From Phyllosticta citribraziliensis (Eukaryota): a DNA stretch of 64,000 nucleotides. Below are positions 1-13,565 of the stretch, in pieces (the stretch's first letter is position 1; each line of letters starts with the position of its first letter). Position numbers and translations under genes: made by a program. The notes below the pieces were generated by a model, which was given only the letters and a program-made list of their open reading frames with translations, made no database searches and was not told the DNA's origin. The stretch lies in NCBI RefSeq assembly GCF_038025025.1, contig NW_027117338.1:1736001-1800000 (forward strand), in the 5' to 3' direction.

Positions 1-696
1 CAATGGCCTGTGATTCGGAACTCGGCCATATGACGCTTCAACAAATTGCTAGGCGTTTCGACAGTGGAGAGAGGAGCGAAGGAGATCCCATTCTGCTCAC
101 CACGTTCGTTACCGGCCCGAGCGTTTGTCGGTCATCGGGCTCGGTCGGGTAGAGACTGGAGCGGGCCGGCCCGAGTTTCTTCCGCCTTTTGGCTTGGCAC
201 GCCCGCATGGTTCCGTTTTTCTCCATGGCTGCCCCTCCGTCTTCAAACAGCTAACGAACTCCCGATCCCCTCTGATGACACTGCCTCCTCAAAGGCTCAA
301 CGCCATCAGATTTCAGATCTTGCCGACCGTCCTTGATCAGATCGCGGCTGATGCGCCAATGGCACGGCACTGATTTAAGACTTACGGCCGCTGTGCACAG
401 TGTCAAAGCAACTCTAATCTCACTTCAGTGGCATGGATACGACTCGACTCTATTGGAAGGTTTCTGATTCGGCAGTGATTTTCTGGTTCACTTACTGGTT
501 GAACCACTCTTGTCTCCCACGCCAGTGGACTCGGTCGCTTCTTGCGACGCGCCAGAGGAAAAACGCAAAGACTGGGTATCATGAAGAGAAAATCCGTACA
601 AAGGAAACGCAGCTTTATGCCTATGAACAAATAAAAGTTTGGAAAGAGGGGTCTTGCCGATTTTATTCACCGATCTCAGTGCCGCCAAGAAGCGTC

Positions 697-2487
697 TCAG
701 CAGGAGTCGCACATGTTTCCAATGGCCTTTTCGAGATCGGCAAAGAGGTTCAGCACTTCGCCATCGGCATAGATCCGAATGGACTCGACGTCCTTGCGGC
801 TCGTGTGGTATGGGCTGTCCGGGCTGTTTGCCTTGAAAGGGCTCCTTGGTGGAGTTGTGTGACACGTTTCGTCAGTCGACATGGCCACGGAAGGCATGAC
901 GACAGCAGCAGCCACGTGCTCGAGCAGCTTCTCGCGAATGCGCGTCCGGCGGCCTTCGGCTTCTTCAATCTTGTATATCCAGTCGTCGATGGAAATATCC
1001 AACTCCACGAGAGCTTCCTCCTGCTTCAGTAGGCTGTCCCGGTTGAAGCAAACAGTCTCGCTTTTCCTGAGGTACGAAAGCATCCGCCCGTGGAGCCTTT
1101 GACGACCCTCTCGGAGAGACTTGTAGGTCCTCCTCAAGTAATCGCATCTTTCGTCCAAGGCGTGGAGCTCCTTGGTCAAGGAGTTTACGTCGCGACAGTT
1201 GAGCACTTCGAATCTCTCGACTTGGCCATACGCTTTGTCGCGCAACCTTTCTCTTTCGGAGTTTGCCAGGGCAGAGACGGCCACCGAGGCGGGCAGACCT
1301 CTTGGTAATCTCCACGCATCTGTTTTTTCTCCATCCGTTGGACTTGGAGTATGGCCAGCCCGGCTTCCAGCTCGACTTCCGGCTCGACTTTCGACACGTC
1401 TTGGGATCCTCCCAAATGAATGACCTCCATTCATGACTGACTGTCCTGATATCCTCCTTCTGTGGACAATGGGACGATCTCGCTTGTCAAGGGATTCTGG
1501 CGACGAGCATTGACCTCCAGTGAAGTAATTATCGTCTACGGGATATTCTCCAATCGTTGGAACAACATTGCCAGAATCCATTCTTGGGGGTGGGCGGCTC
1601 GCTGGGGACTTTTTCGTGTAAAGCGACGGGGACTTTGGCGGTACTTCTGGAGGCATGTCTTCTTCTCCCACTCTTGTGTTGACTTGCAGTCTTGGTTGCC
1701 CAGAGTTCATGGACATCGGGCTCAAAATCGGCGACAATGGCCTCAGCATTGGCAAGCATGGCCCAGTGGTTTTTGCTGGTGATCCGAATGAAGCTGATGG
1801 GGGAGTTGTGACCTTGGGCAGTAACGCCGGCCCAGTCACGCAAGACATCATGGCGTCTCCGAATGGATTGGTCCGCCACTGGCTTCCTTTTGGAGGCGCG
1901 CTCTCGGATCTTTCTTGGGTTGGGTGAATCGACTCCTTTCGAACAGGAAAGTATCCAGGAATCGTTGCTGGAATTCACTCGTGTCAGCGTTCTTCCTTTC
2001 TGGGATGGCACAGAACTTACGAGAATCAAGCAGAGCCTCGTATCTCTCCTTTGGAGGAGGCGCCAACAGTTCGGGAACGCTGACTTTTCTCCTGTTTGAT
2101 ATGGTCCCATCATTCTTTCGAGATACAGAGCAACCGTTCGTGACAATGGCGTCTCCCATGGCTGTCGCTGAACGCTGTACAGAGAGAGCGATTCTCTTCT
2201 CGTAAGGGACCTGAGGACGATCCGGAATTGGTTGTTCCTTCTTTGTTGGCCACAGTTGATACCGCGCCTGGCCTCGCTTTGAATGGGATCGATTTAACGC
2301 TGTCCTGCTGTCCGGTCTTTCGGGCTGCTCCTAGTTTGGTCATCGACTCAGTATACTGGTCCTTTCGAAGGGAGAGTTTCGGAATGGAGCTTACAATGCG
2401 TGAGGCCGCCGAGGTGGCGTCTTGTATATGGGCTCCTGATCGTTTGTCCATGACGCTTTCACGAATGCACTTGGCTATGTGTGTCAT
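697..2487 (-). CDS. Uds1 (up-regulated during septation)-domain protein; exons 2487-2395, 2330-2021, 1967-697
   Basis: Introns 2394-2331 (GTAAGC..TAG) and 2020-1968 (GTAAGT..GCTGAC..CAG) join MTHIAKCIRES, RYQLWP, RRKVSVPEL..LLDSPTIPG and the C-terminal coiled coil LHALDERCDYLRRTY..LLEHVAAA typical of this family. Confidence 0.8.
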
Positions 2488-5400
2488 GGCAAGAGGTTGG
2501 GATGATGCTATATCTAAAGCTCCACAGGCCCTCGAGGGTGAGACTTCAGGCGTGACGCGTGGACCCCTCTTGCAACAGGCATGGGAATTCTCCTTCTTTA
2601 AGTTCCGACGAATTATTGCAAGGGCGATGGACGCAGGTGCCCTGCGATTCCAAGGCATCGGCGCATGGACAAAGAGTAGCCCGGCAGAAGATCTGCTTTG
2701 GATGGGGGCAACGGCCGAACCATCTGAAACACCTCGTCGACCCGAAGGCGTGATTCGTGGGGTACAACTACTGCACGCGCTCTGGCGCGCTAACGTAAGG
2801 AATCCTCACCTCTTTTGCGCTCATCCACGCGCTCTTCAAAAACGTCAACTATTCACATTGGAACGAAAAGCAAGGACAGAAAAAAGCAACTCCTTTGACG
2901 ACCTGACGCATGAATCTGGAGATTGGCCGGATAAGCGTAAGCGATTCGGCTCGTGGCAAGTCTATTTCTGTGCGCTCGGGGCACCCTTCTCCTCCTGTCC
3001 AGGATCTGTCAACTGATCTCCTACCATGCGGCTACTGTGATGACCTCCTAGCAAAAGCTTCTGGCGACGTCAGCTAGCTCACATATCGGTCGTCTGGAAT
3101 GCATGAACGGCTTCACTCAAATCCCGTCGCGTCATTATCTGCAGAACGACGGGATGCAGCCCGCCTCCCCTTGCAGTAGTCCTCTTCACCACGGAAAAAA
3201 CTTGGACGAAAGCATTGTCCAAAAAAACACACGAGCCTGACCTCGAGGCACTTTCGGTGGCTGGGTGGCCACGAGCTGCGGAATGCCGATCCCTCAATAG
3301 GCGAGCCGGCTCTACCTTCGCCTAACGACAATTGGCCGACTCTCCTTTCTACCTCCACGTCCTGTCCTGAACCCCATAGGAGTACGGCCGCTGTCCTCGT
3401 TCTTGCTCGGTGCATGACCGCGCGCGCGACTATTCACAGCTGTCCCCTTTTCCGATGTAGTCTCTCGCTCCGCGCTCTCAGTGCGAAATTCGGAATGTTT
3501 GGAGCTCAAAGCGTCGTGATGCATCTCATGACACTAGGATAGCCATAGCAGATGGTCGCTATAGACCGATTCGAGTTTCCGGATTTGTTCCCCACGCGGC
3601 ACCGATTTTCCGAAGGCTGGTTTCCTACGCTTGGAAGTTGCTCGACATCTAAACACAGGTCTGGATCTTGGCCGTGCCAACTTCCACGATACTCGAAACC
3701 ACCGCATCTGTTTCGATGCTGCAGAATCTCGAGACATGCTCAGAGGCAACCATGTTTCTGGACAATCAACACACGCGTCTCGGCGCCGTAACCTTCCTGA
3801 ATCTGTGGTGTCTCGCTTCTAGACTATCGAGTCACACTGACGTCGTTGATGTCTCTGCTCAAAAGCCCCGCAGTCCAGATTGCACCAGACTCTTTCTGTG
3901 GGGGACCAAGATACGTAATTGATGATACGAAAAACACTGCAACAAAACACCTTTATCGCTCGGGAATAAGTTGCATTTGGCCTGGTCTTCATAACACTAG
4001 ACTCTACTTCCAACGCGTCCCGGGAAGGCCAATCCCATGCGATGCGCATCTGCCGGTCCGAGGCGTTAGAAGGTGAGCGCTTTCGCAATCCAACATTTTG
4101 GGCCACGTAGAGATAGGAGAGAGTGCATAACTATTGAATCTCGGTCTGGGCTGGACTCGGATCAGCACAACTTCCCAACGCCAGGCCTGAGGTCGTTATT
4201 TCTCTTGGCATACTCCATGTGGCTCGCTGAAGCCGAGGATTTCCGTGCACGGGGCTGATCAGGGACGGGACGCGAGCAGGCGATTGAATTGCGAACACCA
4301 GCGGCGAACACGGTGCGCTTTGCGGTCATGAGAATATCAGCTCAGCAACAGAGTGGACCGTGGAAGCCTTCAAGTTTTAAGGGCGATGATCGGTGGATCT
4401 CAACCCCTCAGCTCATTTCCTACAACTGCAGTCGCTATCACGATTGCAGAAATCCGCAACTTGGTGTTGCGGAGCACTGGCACGTCTTGACACAGGACCA
4501 GAGGTCACCGCACGCCGACCGCTTGCTTCAGATACAGTGGCCACTGTACAAGAAAGGCGGTGTCCATTGTGTGAACAGGCCGGATGGCACCCAAGACCAA
4601 GAATGGGGTTGTTGCTGATTCGTTCGGATGCTCTCTTCGTCAGTGTACCACCAATATGGAAGACGCTCACAAGCGAGTCCTACCTCCCAGCATTGCCTCG
4701 TCTCCTGCAACTCCGCCGTGGCCAAGACGACGTCACCAGTTGCGCAGAGTACGGCAAGCTTCCATCTGCTCCCTTATGCAAGTAAGGCGACCGAACACCT
4801 GGAATAAAAGGTTAGCGGTCCAGCATTGACCTTCATAACGGTTCTAGTTCGATCCATGTGAATATCCGGCAACCAGCTCAGGCGGGAAGCAACGGAACCA
4901 CGAGGAAGTAGACAACCAAAAGTTCTAGAGCGACCTCGACATGGCAAGCGTTCTCTGTCAAACCCCAAGTGCTGAAACGGTTGCTGTTGGAAGAGTGTCC
5001 AAAACCTACATACCCCTCCACTTACCCCACGGGCGAGACCCTTCAGATCCTTGACGGCGAGACCTGGATGAGTCGTGGTGATTCTTCAAGAACACATGCG
5101 CCTGCGACTCAAAAACTTGCGTCATTTGTCGCTTGCAGGCAACCCAGTTGTGCCCGGCCTTCAAGGATAGGCTTGTTAACTAAAAGCGCAACGTCCCTAC
5201 TCCGATACAAGCGAAGACGGCAAAAAATTTGCTCGTCTCCAGTCGCCTGCTGCACACTCGTTCTTCATCGCATTCGGATACAACTGCCAGCGGTGGTCGT
5301 GGCGGACCGGCCTGTGCCCTTGCTGTTCCGTGCCTTCAAGCTCCCTTCCCTGTCGCCGCTGCGCGCGTGGTCGCGAGACAGGGCCTCCCACGCCCTCCCG

Positions 5401-8400
5401 CGAGCCCTGCAAGGAGGTGAAGGAACCGTTATGCGAGGCGCCTTGCTGAAATTTTCCTTTGGTGCCCGTTCTTTTTCTATGCCAAGAACGTCCTTGTCCG
5501 AAAAGCTCCACGTCCGCCCGGCCGAGCTCCAAGACGGTGCTGTCTTGCAGACGGAAGGGGGCTTTTCGAGTCAGCAACTCCGCACTTGTATCTGTTTATA
5601 GCAGATCCGACGACGAGAATAGTCCACGATGACGCAGCGATTCGACGACGTCGATGTTGCTTATGGGTTCGCTCCGGGCGAACACCACGAGTTTGCTAAG
5701 TACCGTTGTCGTCTGTAGGGCAATGATTGCCTCCTTTGGCGCAAGGAGGCGATTTTGCTATGCAAGCGAGATTCAATCTGAGATACTCAGTACCAGAGCA
5801 ACGAATTCACAGCGGATATTGGCTTGAGTCTGGAAAGGGATCAACATCAAAATCTTTTCCAAGAGACAGCTCACATACCTCGCTTCCGACCGAGAGGCTT
5901 CAGTTGTTGGTAATGACTCTGCTGCGTGTCTGCCGCCAATGGATTCAGAATGAGCCCCTTTAGCATGTGAGCCAGCGGTCCAACTCTGAGATCCTCAGTA
6001 CTGACATCGCCAACCAGGAACATCGCTCTCAACGCAGGCTGCCTCAACAGAAGAACCGCCGACCATTGACCAGGAAGACCCATCCGCCCCAGCGCCACAC
6101 CCATCTCACAGCGTCATCATCCCACAGCGGTAGACCATGGAGCGAGCTCGCTAGGCCCGAGCAGGCGGGCACACCCAATTCTTTTTAGCCCACGGCCTGT
6201 CGTTGGGGACGAACGCCAGCTCGGTCCTCGAACGCGGAGACGGGTACTTCCAACGGCACGGGTCGACGTGTCGCAGGGACGCGGGAGGGATGCGGTAGGC
6301 GCTTGGGGAGGTAGGGGTAGCATGCGTTGGTTTGGAGACCTCTGCTGACACTTGACAAGGGCGAGCGTTCGGTGTGTAATCGGTTCAGCGCACCTGAGCG
6401 CCGCGGACCGCGCAGTCACAAAATGCTTCCTTTTGGCGCCGGCGGTGTGGTTATATTAATGGGGTGAAAAGTATAGTTGGACGTACTGTCGGTGCCTTCC
6501 ATGTCAGCGTGCTTCTTCAGGCATTGCTCCGCCTGAATACGCAAATGGTGGCGTGATGCCTCAAGAGGCATCTCTTGTGAATTTGAGCGGTTGGGATTTC
6601 GAAATCATGTCAGTCGGTAAGTCTAGACCGGTGAATCCTGCAGAACGGGCTCACTACTCTTCGCAGTGCTGTCGCTTGTACAGACAACTGCCTGATTGGG
6701 TTAGCGCCACCGTTTGGATAGTAGGAGCAATAAGCTTCGCCGCCAAAAATCGGAGCACTCCGCATTTGCGTGGTGAAACCGACGCACATGAGGCCATGGG
6801 GGCTGGATTTCAGACGATCCTTCGTTTTCCCTGTTCGCCGTAGCCGAGTCTTGAACAAGCTAATTGACATGTCATCTTTTTGGCCGACAGCATCCACCAA
6901 GAACAGGAAATGTCCAGACTACCGTCAATGCCATGTCTGCTCGAATTTCAATTCGGATCACGGGCTTTCATAGCATGGTAATTAAATCTGTCTCTAGAAG
7001 AATTGGTTTCCAGAGATGGAAATTAACAAACTTCATGCCCACATGGGAGAAAACGCACACAGACAGTCTCGATGGATGGGCGACACCGTCAGTCTACCAA
7101 AAAAAAAAAGACATCATCAACAAATTCTACCATTGGAACGCATCAATTCCACAAAACCAAGCACGACGACTTCACTAACCGCACCTACAGCGCGGTCTTC
7201 GCGCTCCCCCAACCATTACAGCACCCCGCATTCCCGACGCCGTCGTGCCTCGAACAGCGTGGGCGCTACATTAGCCACACGCACCAACCCCCCCAAGTCA
7301 CGTCCGTCACGGGCGCCAAAACAATTGCATCAGCAGCGCAGGCGCCGCGCTTCCCCTCAAGGGGCCATGGCGGCGCCACAACGGGCGTCAGTCGCGACGG
7401 CTAACACGTCTGTTGCATCGGCCCTCACGCAGTGGCGCTCAAGAGAAGATTGAAGTTGCGCAGCCGGCCGGAAAACGCATGGCGCGAAGTTTGTTTTGTT
7501 GCGCGCTGAGGCGGGGACCTTGACGCCAGTGGTGGTCTGGCCGGCTGGCTGACTGGCTGTCTGCTGGGCTTGGTGGACGGTGGTTGCGTTGAGCGGACTG
7601 GTGTCGCTGACGTGTTTTTGATGGCTGAGAGGGTTGTGGATTCTGTGGCAGACTTTGTCCTTTTGTTGCAACGCTCGAAGAAGACACGATCGCAGGATCG
7701 AGAAGCAATTCAATCTCCCCCCCTCATTCATTACATGTATGCAAACATGATCGCGTTGCGATATTCCTCTACTATAAAGTTCACCTCGATCCGAAACAGG
7801 CGCTTCAGACCGCGTTTCGCAATACCCAGCCTCTCTGAGCACGGCTTCTCATTACATCATTCACATGTGTTCGCGCGTACATTGCAAATGCTGCCCCAAA
7901 ATCTTCAAAAATTCGGGTGGATCAGTCTTTCTTCCGATGACTGGTCAAGTTGTATGTCTCATTCGCAATTTAAGTAATGCGCCGCCATTACAGGTATTCT
8001 CCTCGGAGGCTGTGAGGACCCGGAACAAAAAAGAGTCATTCGTGAAAATCGGTTTATCCATCTGATAAGTCTGTTCTGCGATACTCTGGTCAAACTGGGT
8101 TGACTTCAGCCGCAGCACGAGCAGGAAGAGGCGGAAATTCAGACTGCGCATCATAACTGCGTCCGCTCGTCTGATGCCATTGTCTAAAGGCTGACATGGT
8201 GATGTAACGCTGTGCGGCGAGTAGCATTGCGAGGAATGCACTTTCAAGGGACGAGAGACCAAGAGCAGAGGGGATCCAGTTGAAGTTGAATCAGATCGTG
8301 GGGTTGCTTGAACCCATCGACGACGTGGATTTGGGTATGATATTGCATTCTGGGTGACTGCTTGCCCATCATTACAACTCAGAAGACGAGACGGTACGTA

Positions 8401-8482
8401 TTGATGCCCCCCCATAGTCCTAGAGTCAATATCCAAACACCCATCATCAAACACGCAGCCCTCTGCACCGCAGAGCTCCCTA

Positions 8483-10324
8483 CTACGACGCAACCCTGTC
8501 CATCACCACACCCTTCGGATCCCGCGTCTCTTTATCCCCCCACTCGGCAACCCACCCATTATCCTCCAAATACTTCTTCCAGGCGGCGTCCTCGTCTTCC
8601 AACCGCGCGCTGACGTCGGGGATGACGAACCAGGCGATGAGGGCGCCGAGCAGCGCGAAGCTGGAGCCGATGAGGAACGTCGCCTGGTCGCTCTTTTGCC
8701 CGTCGCTCCACGAGGATTGGATCGCCGTGAAGGATTGCGTGCCGAGCGTTGCGCCCACTTTCGACCACGCGGCGACGAAGCCCATCATTTGGCCGCGGAT
8801 CGAGGTTGGGAAGCACTCTGAGGCTGTGAGGAGGACGGTGCTGGTAGCGGCGTTAGTGAGAATGGTCATAGGAGATGAAGGTTGTTGGAGGTCAGGAGAG
8901 GGTGCATGGCGAGAGCGTTATTTGCGCTTTGGACGTACCTTCCAGGGCCAACTTCGCCCAACGTCAAAAAGAGGCCGTACATGACGACGAAAAGCGGGAA
9001 CACAGTTTGAATCGGTTTACTGGCACCGCCCAAGACGAATCCAAAACAAGCCTGAAGCGCAAAGCCCAGACACATGGTTTGGCGGCGACCGATGCGGTCA
9101 GACAGGTAGCCACCGAGGAAAGGGCCAGGGATGTAAAAGCAATTGATGACGACGCCCCAGCCGAGGTTCTTGACGAGACTGTCGCCGGCATTGACACGCG
9201 ACGTGATGGTCGACGAGAAGATGCCAAACGGCACGCTGACGAAGTTGTACAAGAACCACGTCGCGGAGCAGCCCAGTAACGCGCGCCAGTAGCGCTTGAC
9301 GGCAAGCAGGTACGGCACGCGCTGGCGGCGCAACGACGACGTGCGATACGCCGTCGACACGGACATGCGCAGCCGGAACCAGAAGATGGACAGCGGCGGC
9401 ACCAGCCCCAGCGCAAACGCCGTCCGCCACACGATGGGGTACTTTTCGACCTTTTGCCCTGTGCATAGGAGCAGCAGCAGAGGGACTAGCCCGCCCCAGA
9501 CGTAGCCCAGCGAGGCAGACAGGTCGCCGATGATGGCGAACATGAAGCCTCGGTGCTTGCGGTACGCGCCGTCTTCGTCGCTGGCTTCGGTGGCACCGGC
9601 CCCTGAGACGGGATATTCGCCTCCGGCACCTACGCCGGCTATGCCTCGCGCGACGATGAGCATCCAGAAGAGTCGCGAGTCGGGATATCCGCTTGCGCCG
9701 GCAGACAGAGCGATTCCCAGAACCAGGAGCAGCGTCGTGGCAACTGCGCCTGTTTTGCGGCCAAAATGGTCGACGATGCCGCCGAATAGGAGCATGCCTA
9801 TGATCATGCCGATCAGAAAGGCGTTGCTCAGGCGCGAGTAGATGGAGTTGGTGAGCGTGGTGGGATAGAGGACGGCGAGCAAGAGTTCGACGTTGCCGAT
9901 GACTGCGGCATTGCTGGTAATGGTAAGAACAAAGATTTGTTGATGGACGATTTTTCAAAGGAAGACACTCGAGATTTTGTTGAAATTGACGAGGGGTGTG
10001 TGCAGAACGAACGCAAAAATAGAGTTCCCTCGAAACGGAAGATGAATGAACGCAGAATAGTTGCAAATGAAGGAAACAGCGGACTTACTATCCATCACTC
10101 CCAATCGCTAGTGCCGAATACAACACCATGAGCCAGACCGACAAACGGCTATACTGCCCTTCTTTCTCGGCCTCCTCTTCGCGCGTCGTCACCGTCTGCG
10201 CCTCTGCTTCTCCGACAACAACATCTGCTCCACCCTTCTCTCCTTTCAGATTTCTTTCTTTCTCCTGTTCCACAGTCACCGTTCGACCAACTTCAGTTGC
10301 ACCGAGATCCGTGGACACTGTCAT
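8483..10324 (-). CDS. MFS permease, glycerophosphodiester/GIT1-like; exons 10324-10089, 9913-8939, 8840-8483
   Basis: Multiple TM helices, MFS motifs DHFGRK, GVGAGGEYP, SDRIGRR, EVGPGST, SECFPTSIRG; introns 10088-9914 and 8938-8841 restore the frame (SDGYNAAVIGNV). Confidence 0.85.
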
Positions 10325-11550
10325 GTCCGGCTCGAGGTGCCAGAGGGCGTGAGTGGGCGACAAGGACTTGTGTCTGAGCAAAACGGCAGCAATTTCAGCG
10401 AAGAGGCAACGTCGAGCATCTTACTACCGACAGCATCCATAACTTTTAAACAGAACCACCCGCGCTGGCCCGCCCCAGAAGGGCAGCGTCGCCGACGGGA
10501 CGAAGGACTGCGACGCGGTATCGCCGCAACACCTTAAAAGGCGCGTTAAGTTCGATAGCTCCATCAATCCGACCAACCGCCGATCCATCAATGGCAATCG
10601 CCGCCACTCGATGACAGGCGCTGCCGCGATTGAAAGAACCTGCCATAGTGGATGTCAAAGGAAATGATAATCCCTGAGCGACGGCTCCCTATGCGCAATT
10701 GTGGAAGCGAACGAATGCTCCCTGGAGCCATCATGACTTTCGAGTTTCGACCTGCACTGCGCCACTGCTGTGCCAACAACACGAGAGGCCGACGGAACAG
10801 TCGACTGGGAGCCAATCCGGGGACGAAAAAGTGGGGTAGAGAGCGACAGAGATAGCTCTCAAGACGGCCAAGATAAGACAGATGTGGCCCGACTAACGCA
10901 GAAGGCCGACGAAGCGCGAAGCCGAATTCTTTTTACCTGGGCCGGCACGTTGGATGGCGAGCCGAGCGGTGCTGGCATCTTCAAAGTATACGGAAGGCGC
11001 GTTGCGCAGATCGGGAGTGGCATCGTTTGGCCGGGAGAGGGACGAAGAGAGACAGACACATGACATGAGGAATGGTCTGAGGCACACAGACCCGGCGTAT
11101 GGGATACGGAGGGTTGTTTGAGTCCTGGTTAAGCCGAGGGATGTGGAGATGAGAAAAATCCAATGTCGTGAAGGAAGTTAGAAAACTTAAGTAAGGGTGT
11201 AATCCATCGGTGGTGGGAGGACTGCAGTTGAGCGTGACGCGACTATTTTTTCTTTGCAGGCACACCCAGGAACGGTCTTGGTCTGACGCGAGGGGGGGAA
11301 AAGAAGGACAACGACCGGGGAACAGGGAAGAGGACCAGGGACAGGGAGGGGCGCGGGGGCGGAGCGGGGCGAATGCTAGCTTGGACGACAACTTACATCG
11401 CAGCGGGACCGACGCGCTCTCCGCCCATCCTAAATACCAGCGCTGGGACCTGGCGCGGAATATTTTCGTAGACAAGAAGTTCTCTTGCCAGTGGCTGTTT
11501 TGATCACGCTTGTTCGACCACCGTAACAGACTCACGCTCGCCGAGACACG

Positions 11551-13258
11551 ATGATGAGGACCGCGGCAAGGGAGAAGACGGCGCTGCTGCTGGGTGAAAC
11601 AAGCGGTCAATGGAGAGAAGAGCAGCAGGACGGGAGAAGCAAGTGGCTCCGCATCAAGGTCGCCGTCGCCGTCCTTCTCGCAGCGCTGTACGCGCACTTC
11701 ATCTACGTCAGTCGGCCCCCTGACGCAGCAAACGACCCCCTCGATCCCCCCAAGTCACCCCCTTGAATAGGTTCGGCCAAAAGCTGACTTCCACAACGCA
11801 GACGCACCACTCGCGCACTCACACCATCTCGCGCGTCTCGCAATGCACAACCCGCAACCTGCACGCCAACCTGTCATTCCTTGACGCCGCCTCGCCCATC
11901 GCTGGCGCCGAGTTCGTCGAGCGGCGCGACCGTCTCGCCGCCGCGCTGGCCGCGCACCATCCCGATGTCGCCGCGTACGTGCTGGAGCCGGGCTACGCGT
12001 TCCAGTTCTACGGCAACATCTCGCAGCGCGACTGGGAGCCGTGGGAGCCCGAGGAGCGGCCTATGCTCATGGTCGTGCTGCCATCAACCGACACCACCAG
12101 CGGTGATGACGAGCAGCAGAAAGTCAAAGCACGCAGCATATTCCTGGCGCCAAGCTTCGAAGTCGGCCGCGTGCGCATGCTGGGCATCCCAGCAACCGAA
12201 GAGCAGCTCGAGGTCATCGGGTGGGAGGAGCACTGGAACCCGTACGCGACGCTGCTGGCGAGCGGCGTGTTCGCGTCGGCGCCGCGCACGCCGTCCGGCG
12301 ACGTCAAGCTCATGGTCGACGACGAGATCCGCGACTACATCGTGCGCGGGCTCGATGCCAACGGGTTCGAGACGGTCGGCTTGACCCGCGAGGTCGAGGC
12401 CGTGCGGCAGACCAAGAGCGCGGCCGAGGTCGAGGCGCTGCGTGCAGTCAATACGGGGACGGTCGAGGCGGTGCGCGCCATGCGGCCGTGTTTGGTGCCT
12501 GGCTTGATCGAGGATGAGGTCATGGGCGTGCTGGATGCTGCGCTCGCGTCGATTGGGTTTGAGAGCTTTTTTGATATCGTTCTGTTTGAGGAGAATGGCG
12601 CGTTGCCGCATGGCGGGTTTGTGACGGGCGGCAAGGTGCTCAAGGAGGAGAGCGTCGTCTTAATTGACGTAGGGTCAGTTTATCCTCTCCTCTCCATCCC
12701 TTCAACTCCTTGAAGCTGTTCGACTGACCAGACCACAGCGCCCACTACCTTGGCTACTCCTCCGACATCTGCCGCAGCTTCTTCATCCCCACCTGGCGCG
12801 ACCTTTCCCTTTGGACACGCCTCGTCTCGCTGGCAACCTTCTCCTCCAGCCGCTGGGCCTCCCAGCCCGTCTCCGATCCGAGCCTCTACGCCGAGAAGCT
12901 CAAAGTCTGGGACATTGTGCTCGAAGCGCAGACCGAGTCGGCCAAGATGTTCAAGCCCAACAACTCCGCCGCCAGCGTGGACATTGCCGCGCGGAAAGTC
13001 ATCACCGACGCTGGCTATGGCGATATGTTTACGCACCGCGTCGGCCACGGAATCGGCATCAAGGCCCACGAGTCGCCGTACTTGAACAAGGGCAACCACG
13101 AGACGTTGCTCAAGCCCGGCATGACGTTTACCTCGGAGCCGGGCATCTACATGCTCAACAAGTTTGGAGTGCGGCACGAGGACATTTACCTCGTTCGGGA
13201 AGACGGCGAGGCGGAGCTGTTGACGGGCCAGCGGGCGCGAAGTCCTTGGGAGCCGTGA
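11551..13258 (+). CDS. M24 family Xaa-Pro aminopeptidase/prolidase with N-terminal transmembrane anchor; exons 11551-11706, 11802-12673, 12739-13258
   Basis: Spliced product has the M24 metal-ligand motifs IDVGAHYLGYSSDICR, HRVGHGIG..HESP, SEPGIY and GVRHED; both introns start GTCAGT and have CTGAC branch sites. Confidence 0.9.
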
Positions 13259-13565
13259 GATCTTCAACTAGGCGTCCGGTCGGATTTGCCGTGTAATTTG
13301 CGTGTTACCAAGGGGCAAAGACGGGAATTGGCGCCCTCTCCAAACGAAAGCCTAGTCATGAATTTCATCAATTCTGGTATCTGGAGCAAACGGACAAAAG
13401 TTCAAAGGAAGTCCTATCCATCAGTCAAGCCACCGTCTAGTAAGATATTGAAAAGAACGAGTAAAAGGGTGTTGGGAAAGACTTTTATCCTCCATGAGCG
13501 TGACTAAAAGAGGTGTAGAAGAACCAAAGAGAAAGAAGAAGGGGAAATGGAACCGTCCAAACTCA

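Noticed and set aside
1..152. Open frame at the window start (..LGHMTLQQIARRFDSGERSEGDPILL..)
   Set aside because: Could be the end of an upstream gene but is too short to support without flanking sequence
6199..6228. VVGDERQLGP resembling Upf1-family helicase motif III
   Set aside because: No Walker A/B or downstream helicase motifs in the surrounding frames; probably chance
2500..6900. Many 60-260 aa ORFs (e.g. 4289-4618, 4969-5601, 5197-5577)
   Set aside because: No recognisable domains, codon bias or consistent splice model; no TE hallmarks such as TIRs, LTRs or RIP-like AT richness
7100..7225. GCTGTAATGG (minus strand) like the 5' end of fungal SRP RNA, followed by a T run
   Set aside because: Only about 110 nt to the T run and no helix-8 motif; too short for SRP RNA
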